Of a DNA stretch of 64,000 nucleotides, positions 40,915 through 49,358 are shown piece by piece. The first letter of the stretch is position 1; the number at the start of each line of letters is the position of its first letter. The notes under the pieces were generated by a model. The model did not search any database. It saw nothing but the letters and a program-made list of their open reading frames with translations, and was not told the DNA's origin. The stretch is from NCBI GenBank assembly GCA_035266085.1, contig DATFNZ010000229.1, positions 9,129-73,128 of the forward strand, written 5' to 3'. Both the position numbers and the translations under genes were made by a program. The stretch comes from Thermoanaerobaculia bacterium (GTDB lineage: Bacteria; Acidobacteriota; Thermoanaerobaculia; Multivoradales; UBA5704).

Positions 40915-43644
40915 ATGCATACAATGACTTCATCAAAACCTTTGGTGGATGCCGGATCCTGGACCGGAGGGCTTGGGGGCAAGGCCGCCAACCTTGCGGT
41001 CCTGGAATCCCTCGGTCTCCCGGTGCCGCCCTGGTACGCGATCACGACCGAGGCGTTCCATCAGGCCCTTACTGCTGCTGGCCTGCGCGAGCGAATCACC
41101 GGTCGCCTCACCTCTGCGGACGACCTGGGCGCCGCTTCCGCCGAGATCCGGGGATGGATCGCCGCAGTCCCCCTCCCTCCCGGGCTCGAGGCGGAGATCG
41201 CCAGCCTCCACGCCGCCCGCATCGGCGGCGACGCCTACGTGGCCGTCCGCTCCTCGGCGGCAGGCGAGGACGCGGCGGGGGAGTCTTTCGCGGGGCTCCA
41301 CGACAGTTTCCTCTTCATCCGCGGCCGGGAGCGGCTGCTGGACGCCGTCCGCCGGGTCTGGGCCTCGGCCTACAACGAGCGGGCCCTGGCCTACCGGCGG
41401 GCGAAGGGGATCTCCCTCGACTCGATCGCCGTCGCCGTGGTCGTCCAGCGGATGATCGAGGCGAGGACCAGCGGCGTGCTGTTCACGGCCAATCCGAACA
41501 CCGGGAGCGTCCACGAGGTCGTCATCAGCTCCCTCTGGGGAGCCGGCGAGGGGCTGGTGAGCGCCGGGTTCGACGCGGACACCTACCTGGTGGACAAGGA
41601 GACTCTGGAGATCGCCGAGACGGTCGCCGTCAAGTCCGACCAACTGGTGCTGGACCGCGAGGCCGGGGGCGGGCTCGTCCACCTCGCCGTGCCGGAAGAG
41701 ATGGCCAAGCGGGGCAGCCTGACGCCGGACGAGGTCCGCGTCCTGGCCCGCTTGGGCCTCGGCGTCGAGCGCCACTACCGCCGGCCGCAGGACCTCGAAT
41801 TCGCCGTAGACCTGGGAGGCCGGCCGTGGCTCCTCCAGGCCCGCCCCGTCACCACCGTCGAGGAGCTCGGCCCCGCCGCCGGCAACCGCCTGATCTGGGA
41901 TAACTCGAACATCATCGAGAGCTACTCGGGCGTGACCTCGCCCATGACCTTCAGCTTCATCCGCCGGGCCTACTCGATCGTCTACCACTGCTTCGCGGAA
42001 GTGATGGGCATCGACGCGCGCACGGTGAAGGCCAACCGCGAGGTCTTCGACAACATGCTCGGTCTGTTCCGGGGGCAGGTCTACTACAACCTGCTCAACT
42101 GGTACCGGCTCGTCCGCCTCTTCCCGGGGTTCAATTACAACAAGAGCTTCATGGAATCGATGATGGGCGTCCGAGAGGCCGCTTCGGTGGAGGAGGAGCC
42201 CGCACAGACCTCGGGATTCCAGCGCCTGGTTCTCCGGCGCTATACCGTCGAGCTGCCGGCCCTGCTGCGCCTGGTGGGGCGGTCGGCGCGGAACTTCCTC
42301 CACATCCGGCGGATCGTGGCGGATTTCCAGGCGCGTTTCAGGGAGCACTACGAGCGCTGGTCCGCCATGGACTTCCGCGCCATGGCCCCGCACGAGCTGG
42401 CGGCCCTCTACCGCGAGATGGAGGAGAAGCTCCTCTGGGAGTGGAAAGCGCCCATCATCAACGACTTCTTCGTAATGGTCTTCTACGGCACGCTCAAGAA
42501 GCTCTGCGCCTCCTGGTGCGGCGACGAGTCCGGCTCGCTCCAGAACGACCTCATCTGCGGCGAGGGCGGCATCGAGAGCACCGAGCCCACCCGGATGCTC
42601 CTGGGGATCGCGGCCGCCGCGCGCCAGCAGCCGGAGCTGCGGCAGCTCCTCCTCGAAGGCCGGCCGGAAGACCTCGCCCGGGAGATCCCCGCCGATGGGC
42701 GCTTCGGCGACTTCGCCGTCTCGATCCGCCGCTATCTGGACCTCTACGGCTTCCGCTGCGTGAACGAGCTCAAGCTGGAGGAATTCTCGCTCCGCGACCG
42801 CCCGGCGTTCCTCTATCAGATCCTCCGGAACTACCTGGCGGCGGACGACCCGGCGGGCCTTGACGTGGCCGCCATGGAGCGGCGAGAGCAGAATATCCGC
42901 CGCGAGGCCGAGACAAAGGCCTTCGCCGCCGTCCGCGGCCCGCTCCGGAGATGGGTCTTCCGCCGCGTGCTGGAGAACGCCCGTCTGGGAGTCAAGAACC
43001 GCGAGAACCTCCGCTTCGCTCGCACCCGCATCTACGGCCTCCTCCGCGAGCTGCTGCGGGCCGTGGGGGAGGATTTCGCCCAGGAAGGCCTGCTCAATCA
43101 AGCGGACGACATCTTCTATCTGACCCTCGACGAGGTCTGGGATTACACCAAGGGCCGCGCCGTCTCCACGAACCTGAAAGGTTTGGCCGCCCTCCGCCGC
43201 GAGGAGTTCGACGCCTACCGCCGCATGGCTCCGCCCGCCGACCGTTTCGAAACCCATGGCCTGCCGTATCACCGCAACCGTTTCGAAGGGCGCACCCGCC
43301 CCGCCGTCGCCTCCGAGGACGGCCTCCTCCACGGCACCGGCTGCTGTCCGGGCATCGTTACCGGACCCGTGAAAGTCCTCCGCACGCCCTCCGAGGACGC
43401 CCGCCTGGACGGCGAGATCCTCGTCGCCGAGAGGACCGATCCCGGCTGGGTGCCGCTCTATCCCTCGGTGTCAGGCCTGCTGATCGAGCGCGGGAGCATC
43501 CTGTCGCACTCCGCCATCGTGGCCAGGGAGATGGGGATTCCCACCATCGTGGGGATCGCTGGGCTGGTGGGGACGCTCCAAACGGGGCAGGTGGTTACAA
43601 TGGATGGTGGGACGGGGACGGTGAAGCTCAGCCCGCCGCCTTGA
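40915..43644 (+). CDS. PEP-utilising-enzyme family phosphotransferase with rifampin-phosphotransferase-like architecture (PPDK_N ATP-grasp, large middle region, C-terminal swivel phospho-His domain, no PEP/pyruvate TIM barrel)
   Basis: N-terminus 'GGKAANLAVLESLGLPVPPWYAITTEAF', 'VAVRSSAAGEDAAGESFAGLHDSFL', 'RVWASAYNERALAYRR'. C-terminus 'GTGCCPGIVTGPVKVL...ILVAERTDPGWVPLY..VSGLLIERGSILSHSAIVAREMGIPTIVG' carries the mobile-domain His. Confidence 0.85.
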   Translation: MHTMTSSKPLVDAGSWTGGLGGKAANLAVLESLGLPVPPWYAITTEAFHQALTAAGLRERITGRLTSADDLGAASAEIRGWIAAVPLPPGLEAEIASLHAARIGGDAYVAVRSSAAGEDAAGESFAGLHDSFLFIRGRERLLDAVRRVWASAYNERALAYRRAKGISLDSIAVAVVVQRMIEARTSGVLFTANPNTGSVHEVVISSLWGAGEGLVSAGFDADTYLVDKETLEIAETVAVKSDQLVLDREAGGGLVHLAVPEEMAKRGSLTPDEVRVLARLGLGVERHYRRPQDLEFAVDLGGRPWLLQARPVTTVEELGPAAGNRLIWDNSNIIESYSGVTSPMTFSFIRRAYSIVYHCFAEVMGIDARTVKANREVFDNMLGLFRGQVYYNLLNWYRLVRLFPGFNYNKSFMESMMGVREAASVEEEPAQTSGFQRLVLRRYTVELPALLRLVGRSARNFLHIRRIVADFQARFREHYERWSAMDFRAMAPHELAALYREMEEKLLWEWKAPIINDFFVMVFYGTLKKLCASWCGDESGSLQNDLICGEGGIESTEPTRMLLGIAAAARQQPELRQLLLEGRPEDLAREIPADGRFGDFAVSIRRYLDLYGFRCVNELKLEEFSLRDRPAFLYQILRNYLAADDPAGLDVAAMERREQNIRREAETKAFAAVRGPLRRWVFRRVLENARLGVKNRENLRFARTRIYGLLRELLRAVGEDFAQEGLLNQADDIFYLTLDEVWDYTKGRAVSTNLKGLAALRREEFDAYRRMAPPADRFETHGLPYHRNRFEGRTRPAVASEDGLLHGTGCCPGIVTGPVKVLRTPSEDARLDGEILVAERTDPGWVPLYPSVSGLLIERGSILSHSAIVAREMGIPTIVGIAGLVGTLQTGQVVTMDGGTGTVKLSPPP

Positions 43645-44149
43645 CGTCCAAAGTAATTCCCTCGCACCGGAGCTCCATTGCCTGCTGCTGGTCCCGACTA
43701 TGCGGCACCGAGGCGGCGTCCTTCGCCACGTCCTGCAGTGCTCCCGTCACCGTCACCTCGTACAGGCCCGGCTGGCGGATCTCGTAGACCTCTGAGAGAT
43801 CGACCGTCGCGGAGGTGGATTCTCCGGCGGGGACCTCCACGTACTCCTCACGGCCCGGGTCGCCCCGCTTGACCATCGGGCCCTGATAGGGGATTTCGAC
43901 GCCGTCGTGGCTGACGGTGAAGAGCGTGCCTCTCCAGCCTTCGAACGGGGTGTTCCAGCGCAGAATCCAGACTGGCGCGTCCGTCCGGTTGGTAAGTCGG
44001 AAGCGGATCGCGACGGGTCCGCCAGCGGTGAGCGGGTTGACCGGATCGAGACGGCAGTCGAAGGGCTGGGCGTTGGACACGGCGGCTTTCGTGCAGTGGG
44101 CGGAGAAGACGGCGGCCAAGGCGAGCGCGAGGAGCGGGAGCCTGTTCAT
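43628..44149 (-). CDS. secreted hypothetical protein (single beta-sandwich-like domain)
   Basis: Signal peptide 'MNRLPLLALALAAVFSAHC'. 173 aa. No family was firmly recognised. It vaguely resembles metalloprotease pro-domain/inhibitor-like modules. Confidence 0.55.
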   Translation of the reverse strand: MNRLPLLALALAAVFSAHCTKAAVSNAQPFDCRLDPVNPLTAGGPVAIRFRLTNRTDAPVWILRWNTPFEGWRGTLFTVSHDGVEIPYQGPMVKRGDPGREEYVEVPAGESTSATVDLSEVYEIRQPGLYEVTVTGALQDVAKDAASVPHSRDQQQAMELRCEGITLDVKAAG

Positions 44150-44225
44150 CCCGGAATTCTACCTGAGGTGGGTCCTGAGGCGAGCCGGGGAGAATGATAG
44201 ACTGAGCTTGGGTTGGGAGGCTCAG

Positions 44226-44393
44226 ATGGTCCGATTGACGACAGCTTTGGAAGAAGAGATTCGGGAAAGGGTCCAGCAGGAGGCCACGAAGACCTTGCTC
44301 GATCTCTCGTCTAGAGCACAGAGTGGAAGTGGTGGGCGAAAGTGGACGAGAGACGAGATCCATGAACGAGAGGGTCCATTCTTGACCGCCTGA
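44226..44393 (+). CDS. possible ribbon-helix-helix antitoxin-like small ORF (no partner toxin)
   Basis: 55 aa 'MVRLTTALEEEIRERVQQEA...RKWTRDEIHER...'. Good SD (GGGAGGCTCAG-ATG). The beta-strand-then-helix start is typical of RHH. The call is weak. Confidence 0.3.
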   Translation: MVRLTTALEEEIRERVQQEATKTLLDLSSRAQSGSGGRKWTRDEIHEREGPFLTA

Positions 44394-44455
44394 TCCGGCT
44401 CAATGACGCGCCGACCGGGCTCGCTCATCCGCCCGCATCCACTTTGGCCCACATG

Positions 44456-44662
44456 TCAGACTTCGACATATTCGGCGATGGTCGTGGGCTGGGGAACCTC
44501 CTCTCCGGACTCGCGCATGCCTTCCAGATGGAAGTCGATGGCCTCGCGGATCAGCTCCAGGACCTCCTCTTGGGATTCGGCCGCGGCAACGCAGCCGGGA
44601 AGGTCTGGAACATAGGCGCTGAAGTTGCTTTCTGCTTTCTCTACGACAACGGCATATCGCAT
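44456..44662 (-). CDS. hicB: HicB-family antitoxin-like protein (UPF0150 fold), no hicA seen
   Basis: 68 aa 'MRYAVVVEKAESNFSAYVPDLPGCVAAAESQEEVLELIREAIDFHLEGMRESGEEVPQP' is a classic HicB N-terminal domain. SD AGGAGAGAG. The track ORF extension to 45253 is a shadow frame. Confidence 0.75.
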   Translation of the reverse strand: MRYAVVVEKAESNFSAYVPDLPGCVAAAESQEEVLELIREAIDFHLEGMRESGEEVPQPTTIAEYVEV

Positions 44663-44709
44663 TGGTCTCTCTCCTGCTACTTGAGGCCCGCCTGCTTGAG
44701 ACACGGTCC

Positions 44710-46002
44710 TCATCTCCACCCCGGATCCCACAACGCCACCATCCCCAGCGCCTGCAATCCCAGGACCGCACCCGCCGCCGCGAAGCTCAGCAGGAAGCGC
44801 CAGGCCGTCCACTCCCGACTCCTGTTGGCCTCCGGGTCGCGCAGCTCGATGGCGGCGTTCGCCAGCGTGACCACGGCCGTGGCCGCCAGAATGGCCAGAA
44901 GCGATTCGAAGGGGAAGCGGCGGAGGGCGAGGCACGGGCCGAGGACAGCCAGGATCGTGGCGAGGAGTGCGAGGCCGAGCGCGCCGAGGACCCGGCTGCG
45001 GCGGCGCTCGAGACGGAAGACGCCGGTGTCCAGGCTGAAGGCGAGGACAGCGGCGATCGCTGCCAGGTAGGGAGCGAAAAAGACCTCGTAGCGCCCCAGG
45101 CTGTTGGCGAGCACCAGCATGGAGAACGGCGGGAGCAGGGCCCGCACCAGGGTCCGCACCTTGATGCCGGCGGCATGCCCCGGAGGAGCGAAGCGCAGCC
45201 ACGCCGCGAGGTACCCCGCGAAGCCCAGGAACACCGGCAGCGTCCATACCCACGAGCCGAGCGACCAGGTGCCGTACGCGAAGAGGATGAAGGTGATGGC
45301 GCCGGCGACGTTGAACGAGCGGAAGCGCCAGACGGCAAGCCCCACCCCCAGGCAGATGGCGAGCAGGGAGAGGTTCTGGAAGATCACCTCGGAGAGCGGC
45401 TTGGTGGTGATCTTGCCCAGGATCACCACCACCGCCAGGGGGACGAAGAGGTTGTCCGCGCCCTCCAGGGAGATCGCCTCGAAGCCGGTCACCAGGGCCG
45501 CCACCAGGAGCGCGGCAAGCACGCAGATGGGGCGCGGGAGGTCGGTCAGCAGCAGGGTCGGCAGATGGATGGCGAGGAAGGCGATGACCAGGAAGACGAG
45601 CGATCCCTCCAGGCTCTTCTTCTCGTCCTCCACTTCATAGCGGATCACGCCGTAACGGCTGCCGATCAGGGCGGCGAAGGCGTCGCCCACGGCGAGCACC
45701 AGCACGGCCGAGAGATAGAGCCAGGGCCGGCCCTGGGTCATGAGGAAGGTGAGGAAGACGGAGAGGGGGTAGTACTCCGCCCCCCGGCTCCGGCGCCCCA
45801 CGCCGTGCAGGCTCTTGAGGAACCCGAAGCGGCTCCCCGCCACGAAGAGCCCCGTGAGCGGCAGCGACAGCGCCAGCACCACCCACGGGGATTGCACCAG
45901 GAAAGGGAAGAAGAGGCAGGCGATGCCGCCCCCCAGGTGCACCAGCTTGCGCGTCCATTCCGGCTTCGGGTTGCCGAAACGCCGCCAGAGCTCGGCCGCC
46001 AC
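44710..46002 (-). CDS. polytopic membrane protein, CTP-dependent polyprenol/phytol/dolichol-kinase (CDS-family)-like N-terminal half
   Basis: 'WTRKLVHLGGGIACLFFPF' resembles the RKxxHxxxG motif of the phytol/dolichol-kinase family. About 12 TM helices. Confidence 0.5.
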   Translation of the reverse strand: MAAELWRRFGNPKPEWTRKLVHLGGGIACLFFPFLVQSPWVVLALSLPLTGLFVAGSRFGFLKSLHGVGRRSRGAEYYPLSVFLTFLMTQGRPWLYLSAVLVLAVGDAFAALIGSRYGVIRYEVEDEKKSLEGSLVFLVIAFLAIHLPTLLLTDLPRPICVLAALLVAALVTGFEAISLEGADNLFVPLAVVVILGKITTKPLSEVIFQNLSLLAICLGVGLAVWRFRSFNVAGAITFILFAYGTWSLGSWVWTLPVFLGFAGYLAAWLRFAPPGHAAGIKVRTLVRALLPPFSMLVLANSLGRYEVFFAPYLAAIAAVLAFSLDTGVFRLERRRSRVLGALGLALLATILAVLGPCLALRRFPFESLLAILAATAVVTLANAAIELRDPEANRSREWTAWRFLLSFAAAGAVLGLQALGMVALWDPGWR

Positions 46003-46061
46003 GAGGAGGAGGACGAAGACCGCGGCGAGGGTCGCCGCCCCCCGGAGATCGTCCGACGAGA

Positions 46062-47171
46062 TCAGACCGCCTCCTCCAGGACGAAGGCGCTGTAGAAGAA
46101 GGCGAGGTCCCGCGCGAACAGGGTCTTCGCCTCGGCGTCCAGGGACCGGACGCGGCCCGGGAAGGCCTCGCCCAATCTGCGAGGCACGAGCATGTTCCAG
46201 TAGGCGAAGCGGGCCCCCGGACGGGCCGTCTCCAGCAGCCGGCCGTAGACGCCGGCGCTGGCGGCTGGATCGAGGTACTCGAAGATGTCCGAGAGGTTGA
46301 AGCCGTCAAACCCTTCACCCTCCTTACCCTGGTGGCAAGCCTCGGCCGCCTTCTCGATCGGCCCCTCGAAGAGCGTCAGCCGGTCGAGGTTGCGCTTGAG
46401 GTCCCCGAACACCTCGGGCCGCAGATAGAGCGGCAGGGAGGTCTTGAACCGGCCGGCTAGGATGTACTCCAGGTAGGGATTGGTATGGGTGGGCAGCACC
46501 GTGAGGGCGTACTCCACCCGGCCCAGGATGCGCTCGGCGACCGATCCTTCGACGTAGCGGAAGAACTCCGGATCGCGGCCCAGTCGGCCCATGGCGAAGC
46601 GGCTGAAGAAGATCCGGAACAGGAGCCGCCAGCGCAGGTTGTCCCACTCGTCCCGGTAGTACGCCTTCCGTCCGGCCTCGTCCCGCTCGGCGAGCAGGCC
46701 GAGGACGGTCGACCGCCGGTGGATCAGCGGCAGGACGCGCTGGCGGAAGAGCCGGAAGTAGCTCTCGAACTTGCCGTGGTGGATGACGCCGTCCGCCACC
46801 TCGTCCTGGCGCTCCCGCCAGAAGTCGCGCGCCCAGGGGGGAAGGTCGCGCTCCAGCGGCTCGTAGACCTGCCGCCGGTCCCCGTCGCTCCGCCGGAGGC
46901 CGAGGAAGGCAAGGGTCTCCGCGTGCCCCAGCCGGCGGATCGCCGCGCGCTTGAGCTCGACCAGGGCGATCTGGGCGGGGGAGAGGTCCGCCGCCACCAC
47001 CTCGGCCCCGGTGGCGAGCAGGGCGAAGGCGTTGTCTCCCGCCGAGGCGATCGAGAGCACGCGCTTGCCCGGCCCCGGCGCCAGCGCCGCGCGCAGGACC
47101 TCCGCGTCCTCCCACACGTTGGCGTAGCGGACGAGGTCGAACCGGGCGCGGTGTTCGATTCGGTCGGGCAT
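46062..47171 (-). CDS. DUF3419 / BtaA-like S-adenosylmethionine-dependent protein
   Basis: 'VRYANVWEDAEVLRAALAPGPGKRVLSIASAGDNAFALLATGAEVVAADLSPAQIALVELKRAAI' matches the BtaA/DUF3419 N-terminal signature. I prefer the start at 47171 (MPDRIEH). Confidence 0.75.
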   Translation of the reverse strand: MPDRIEHRARFDLVRYANVWEDAEVLRAALAPGPGKRVLSIASAGDNAFALLATGAEVVAADLSPAQIALVELKRAAIRRLGHAETLAFLGLRRSDGDRRQVYEPLERDLPPWARDFWRERQDEVADGVIHHGKFESYFRLFRQRVLPLIHRRSTVLGLLAERDEAGRKAYYRDEWDNLRWRLLFRIFFSRFAMGRLGRDPEFFRYVEGSVAERILGRVEYALTVLPTHTNPYLEYILAGRFKTSLPLYLRPEVFGDLKRNLDRLTLFEGPIEKAAEACHQGKEGEGFDGFNLSDIFEYLDPAASAGVYGRLLETARPGARFAYWNMLVPRRLGEAFPGRVRSLDAEAKTLFARDLAFFYSAFVLEEAV

Positions 47172-47190
47172 GGGGTGGTTTTGACGGAGT

Positions 47191-47691
47191 CTACAGCGTC
47201 GGCGGTCCGCCCGCGAGGGCCTCCCGGATGGCCGCCACGATCTCCGCCGGCGTCCCCGAAGCGTCCACCGTGATGGCATCCTCCGGCTCCTCGAGTGTCG
47301 CGAGCTGGCTCGGCAGAAGGTTCCGCTGGGCGAAGTGTCCCGCTCGATGCTCCAGCCGCTCCGCGATCAGGCGAGCGGGAGCCGCGAGGTATACGAACAC
47401 CACCCCGGCGTCATCCCCCCGCAGGATCCGCCGGTAGGACTCCTTCAGGGCCGAGCACGCGAGCACCGCGTTCTCCCCCTTCTCCAGACAGCCCTCGATC
47501 AGTGCCCGCAAGGCTGCCAGCCAGGGCCGCCGGTCGTCATCCGTCAGGGCGATCCCCCGGCTCATCTTCTCGACGCTGGCCGCGGAGTGGAAGTCGTCCC
47601 CCTCATAGAAGAGCCATCCCAACTCGCCCGCCAGCTTCCGGCCGATGGTGGTCTTGCCCGATCCCGAGACGCCCATGACGACGACGATCAC
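47191..47691 (-). CDS. gntK: gluconokinase-type P-loop carbohydrate kinase
   Basis: 'VVMGVSGSGKTTIGRKLAGELGWLFYEGDDFH...NVEKM..G..LTDDDRRPWL'. The start is GTG 47691 or ATG 47676. The rest of the 979-aa track ORF is a shadow frame. Confidence 0.8.
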   Translation of the reverse strand: MIVVVMGVSGSGKTTIGRKLAGELGWLFYEGDDFHSAASVEKMSRGIALTDDDRRPWLAALRALIEGCLEKGENAVLACSALKESYRRILRGDDAGVVFVYLAAPARLIAERLEHRAGHFAQRNLLPSQLATLEEPEDAITVDASGTPAEIVAAIREALAGGPPTL

Positions 47692-47706
47692 GGCGTATTT
47701 GATACC

Positions 47707-49326
47707 ATGAAGGCCTTCAGCTTCATCTTCGGAGGAGCCGCCTTGAGCATGATGCCGTCTCTCCTGGATCTGGGATTCGGATGTTTCGGCTTCATCCCGA
47801 TGGTCTTCATGGCGGCCGCCCTGATCGACGCCTTCCGGGTCCGGGCGGACTGGTACTGGTACATGATCATCCTGGGGTTCCCCATCGTGGGCTCGATCGC
47901 CTACTTCGTCGTCGTCCGCAGCCCCCTCCTGGGCGCGCGGAACGCTTCGATGATGTCGCCGGTGGCGGCCCGGCGGCTCCAGGCCCGCAGGCGGCTGCGG
48001 CAGCTCCAGATTCAGCTCTCCCACTGGCGGGGGCCGGCGGTCCTGGCCGAGGCGGGGGAGGAGCTGGTGGTGCTCGGCAAGCCCCAGGAGGCCGAGAAGC
48101 TCCTGCGCGAGTCGCGGGAGAACGGCGGCGCCGTGGAGGACGTCAACTTGCCGCTTGCCCAAGCCCTGGAGATGCAGGGCCGCTGGGCCGAGGCCGTGCC
48201 GCTCCTGGAAGAGCTCTGCAAGGCCGAGCCCGACGCCCGGCTGGGAGAGGGACCGCTCAACCTCGGGCGCTGCCTGGACGAGGCCGGGCGCAAGGCCGAA
48301 GCCGCGGCCGTGCTGCGCAAGGTCCTGGAGCGCCGGACGGTGATCGAGGCCCAGGTCCGCCTCGCCCGCATCCTGCTCGCCGAAGGCCGCAAGGAAGAAG
48401 CCCGCCAGCTCCTCGCCGAGGTGCTCGCGGACGCCAAGCTGCTGCCGCGCTACCTCAAGCGGGAGCACGGCGCCTGGATCCGCGCGGCGGCCCGCCTCAA
48501 GTCCGGCGCCGAGCGCCTGCCGCGGCCCCGGTTCGAGGGCAGCCAGCCGCCGGGCTACCGTCTGCGGATCGTGCTGGGGGCTGCGGCCGCCCTCGTCGCC
48601 CTGGCGCTGATCGCGGGCTATGCCTGGACGGTCCAGTCCTTCAATGGGCCGTCTGCCGTCGAGACCGGGCAGAAGCGGGAAGCGGTCTTCAACAAGATGG
48701 CCGATCTGGATCGGCGGTATCCCTGGACGGAGGGGGACGATCTTGCGAAGGTCGACCTCCAGCCGGCCGATCTCGACCGCTATCTGGCGGCTCGGCGGAA
48801 CCTGGAGCCGGCGCTCCGGGAGGTCGCGGAGCAGTGGCGCCGCCGCAACGAGAGCCTGCGGACGGGGAATGTCTTCGCCATGTCCAATGGGGACGAGAGG
48901 TGGAAGCCGACGGAGGTCGCCTTCCTCCAGAGCCTGTGCCGCGAGTTGGAGCGGCAGAAGCTTGGGCCCCGGCGATTCGAAAACCTCACCAATCTCGCCG
49001 AATGGCGGTTCCTGCGGCGTCCCGAGGCGCTGATCTTCGGACTGCCGGAATTCCACCGGGCCGACTGGGTCCGGGACCGCGCTTCTCTGGACCAGGATCT
49101 CGATCCAAGGATGCCGGAACAGCCGGCGTCCCGGGAAAGGGAGCAGTGGCGCCGGCGCATGGCGGCCAAGATCGCCGACTACGAGCGCCAGGCCGCCGAG
49201 GCCACGGGCGTCTCGCCCGCCACCCGGGCCCTCTTCGAGAGCCGGCGCGCCGACCTCGAACGATTGAATCCGGGGGACGGCTGGTACCTCATGCGCGCCC
49301 TGGATTCGAGCGTGTCCTGGTACTGA
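47707..49326 (+). CDS. membrane protein with PLD-nuclease-N-terminal-type (PLDc_N) TM hairpin, TPR-like region and second TM
   Basis: 'FMAAALIDAFRVRADWYWYMIILGFPIVGSIAYFVV' is typical of PLDc_N. Helical TPR-like repeats follow. I prefer the ATG at 47707. Confidence 0.6.
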   Translation: MKAFSFIFGGAALSMMPSLLDLGFGCFGFIPMVFMAAALIDAFRVRADWYWYMIILGFPIVGSIAYFVVVRSPLLGARNASMMSPVAARRLQARRRLRQLQIQLSHWRGPAVLAEAGEELVVLGKPQEAEKLLRESRENGGAVEDVNLPLAQALEMQGRWAEAVPLLEELCKAEPDARLGEGPLNLGRCLDEAGRKAEAAAVLRKVLERRTVIEAQVRLARILLAEGRKEEARQLLAEVLADAKLLPRYLKREHGAWIRAAARLKSGAERLPRPRFEGSQPPGYRLRIVLGAAAALVALALIAGYAWTVQSFNGPSAVETGQKREAVFNKMADLDRRYPWTEGDDLAKVDLQPADLDRYLAARRNLEPALREVAEQWRRRNESLRTGNVFAMSNGDERWKPTEVAFLQSLCRELERQKLGPRRFENLTNLAEWRFLRRPEALIFGLPEFHRADWVRDRASLDQDLDPRMPEQPASREREQWRRRMAAKIADYERQAAEATGVSPATRALFESRRADLERLNPGDGWYLMRALDSSVSWY

Positions 49327-49358
49327 CGCAATTTCCCGGTCAGCACCGCCCGGTCTGA

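Noticed and set aside
44222-44452. Minus-strand 76-aa ORF downstream of hicB as a possible HicA toxin.
   Set aside because: It shows no resemblance to the HicA pattern (no ...GSH...H.. dsRBD-like motif). It is antisense to the better-supported SD-preceded plus-strand ORF and has a shadow-frame-like composition.
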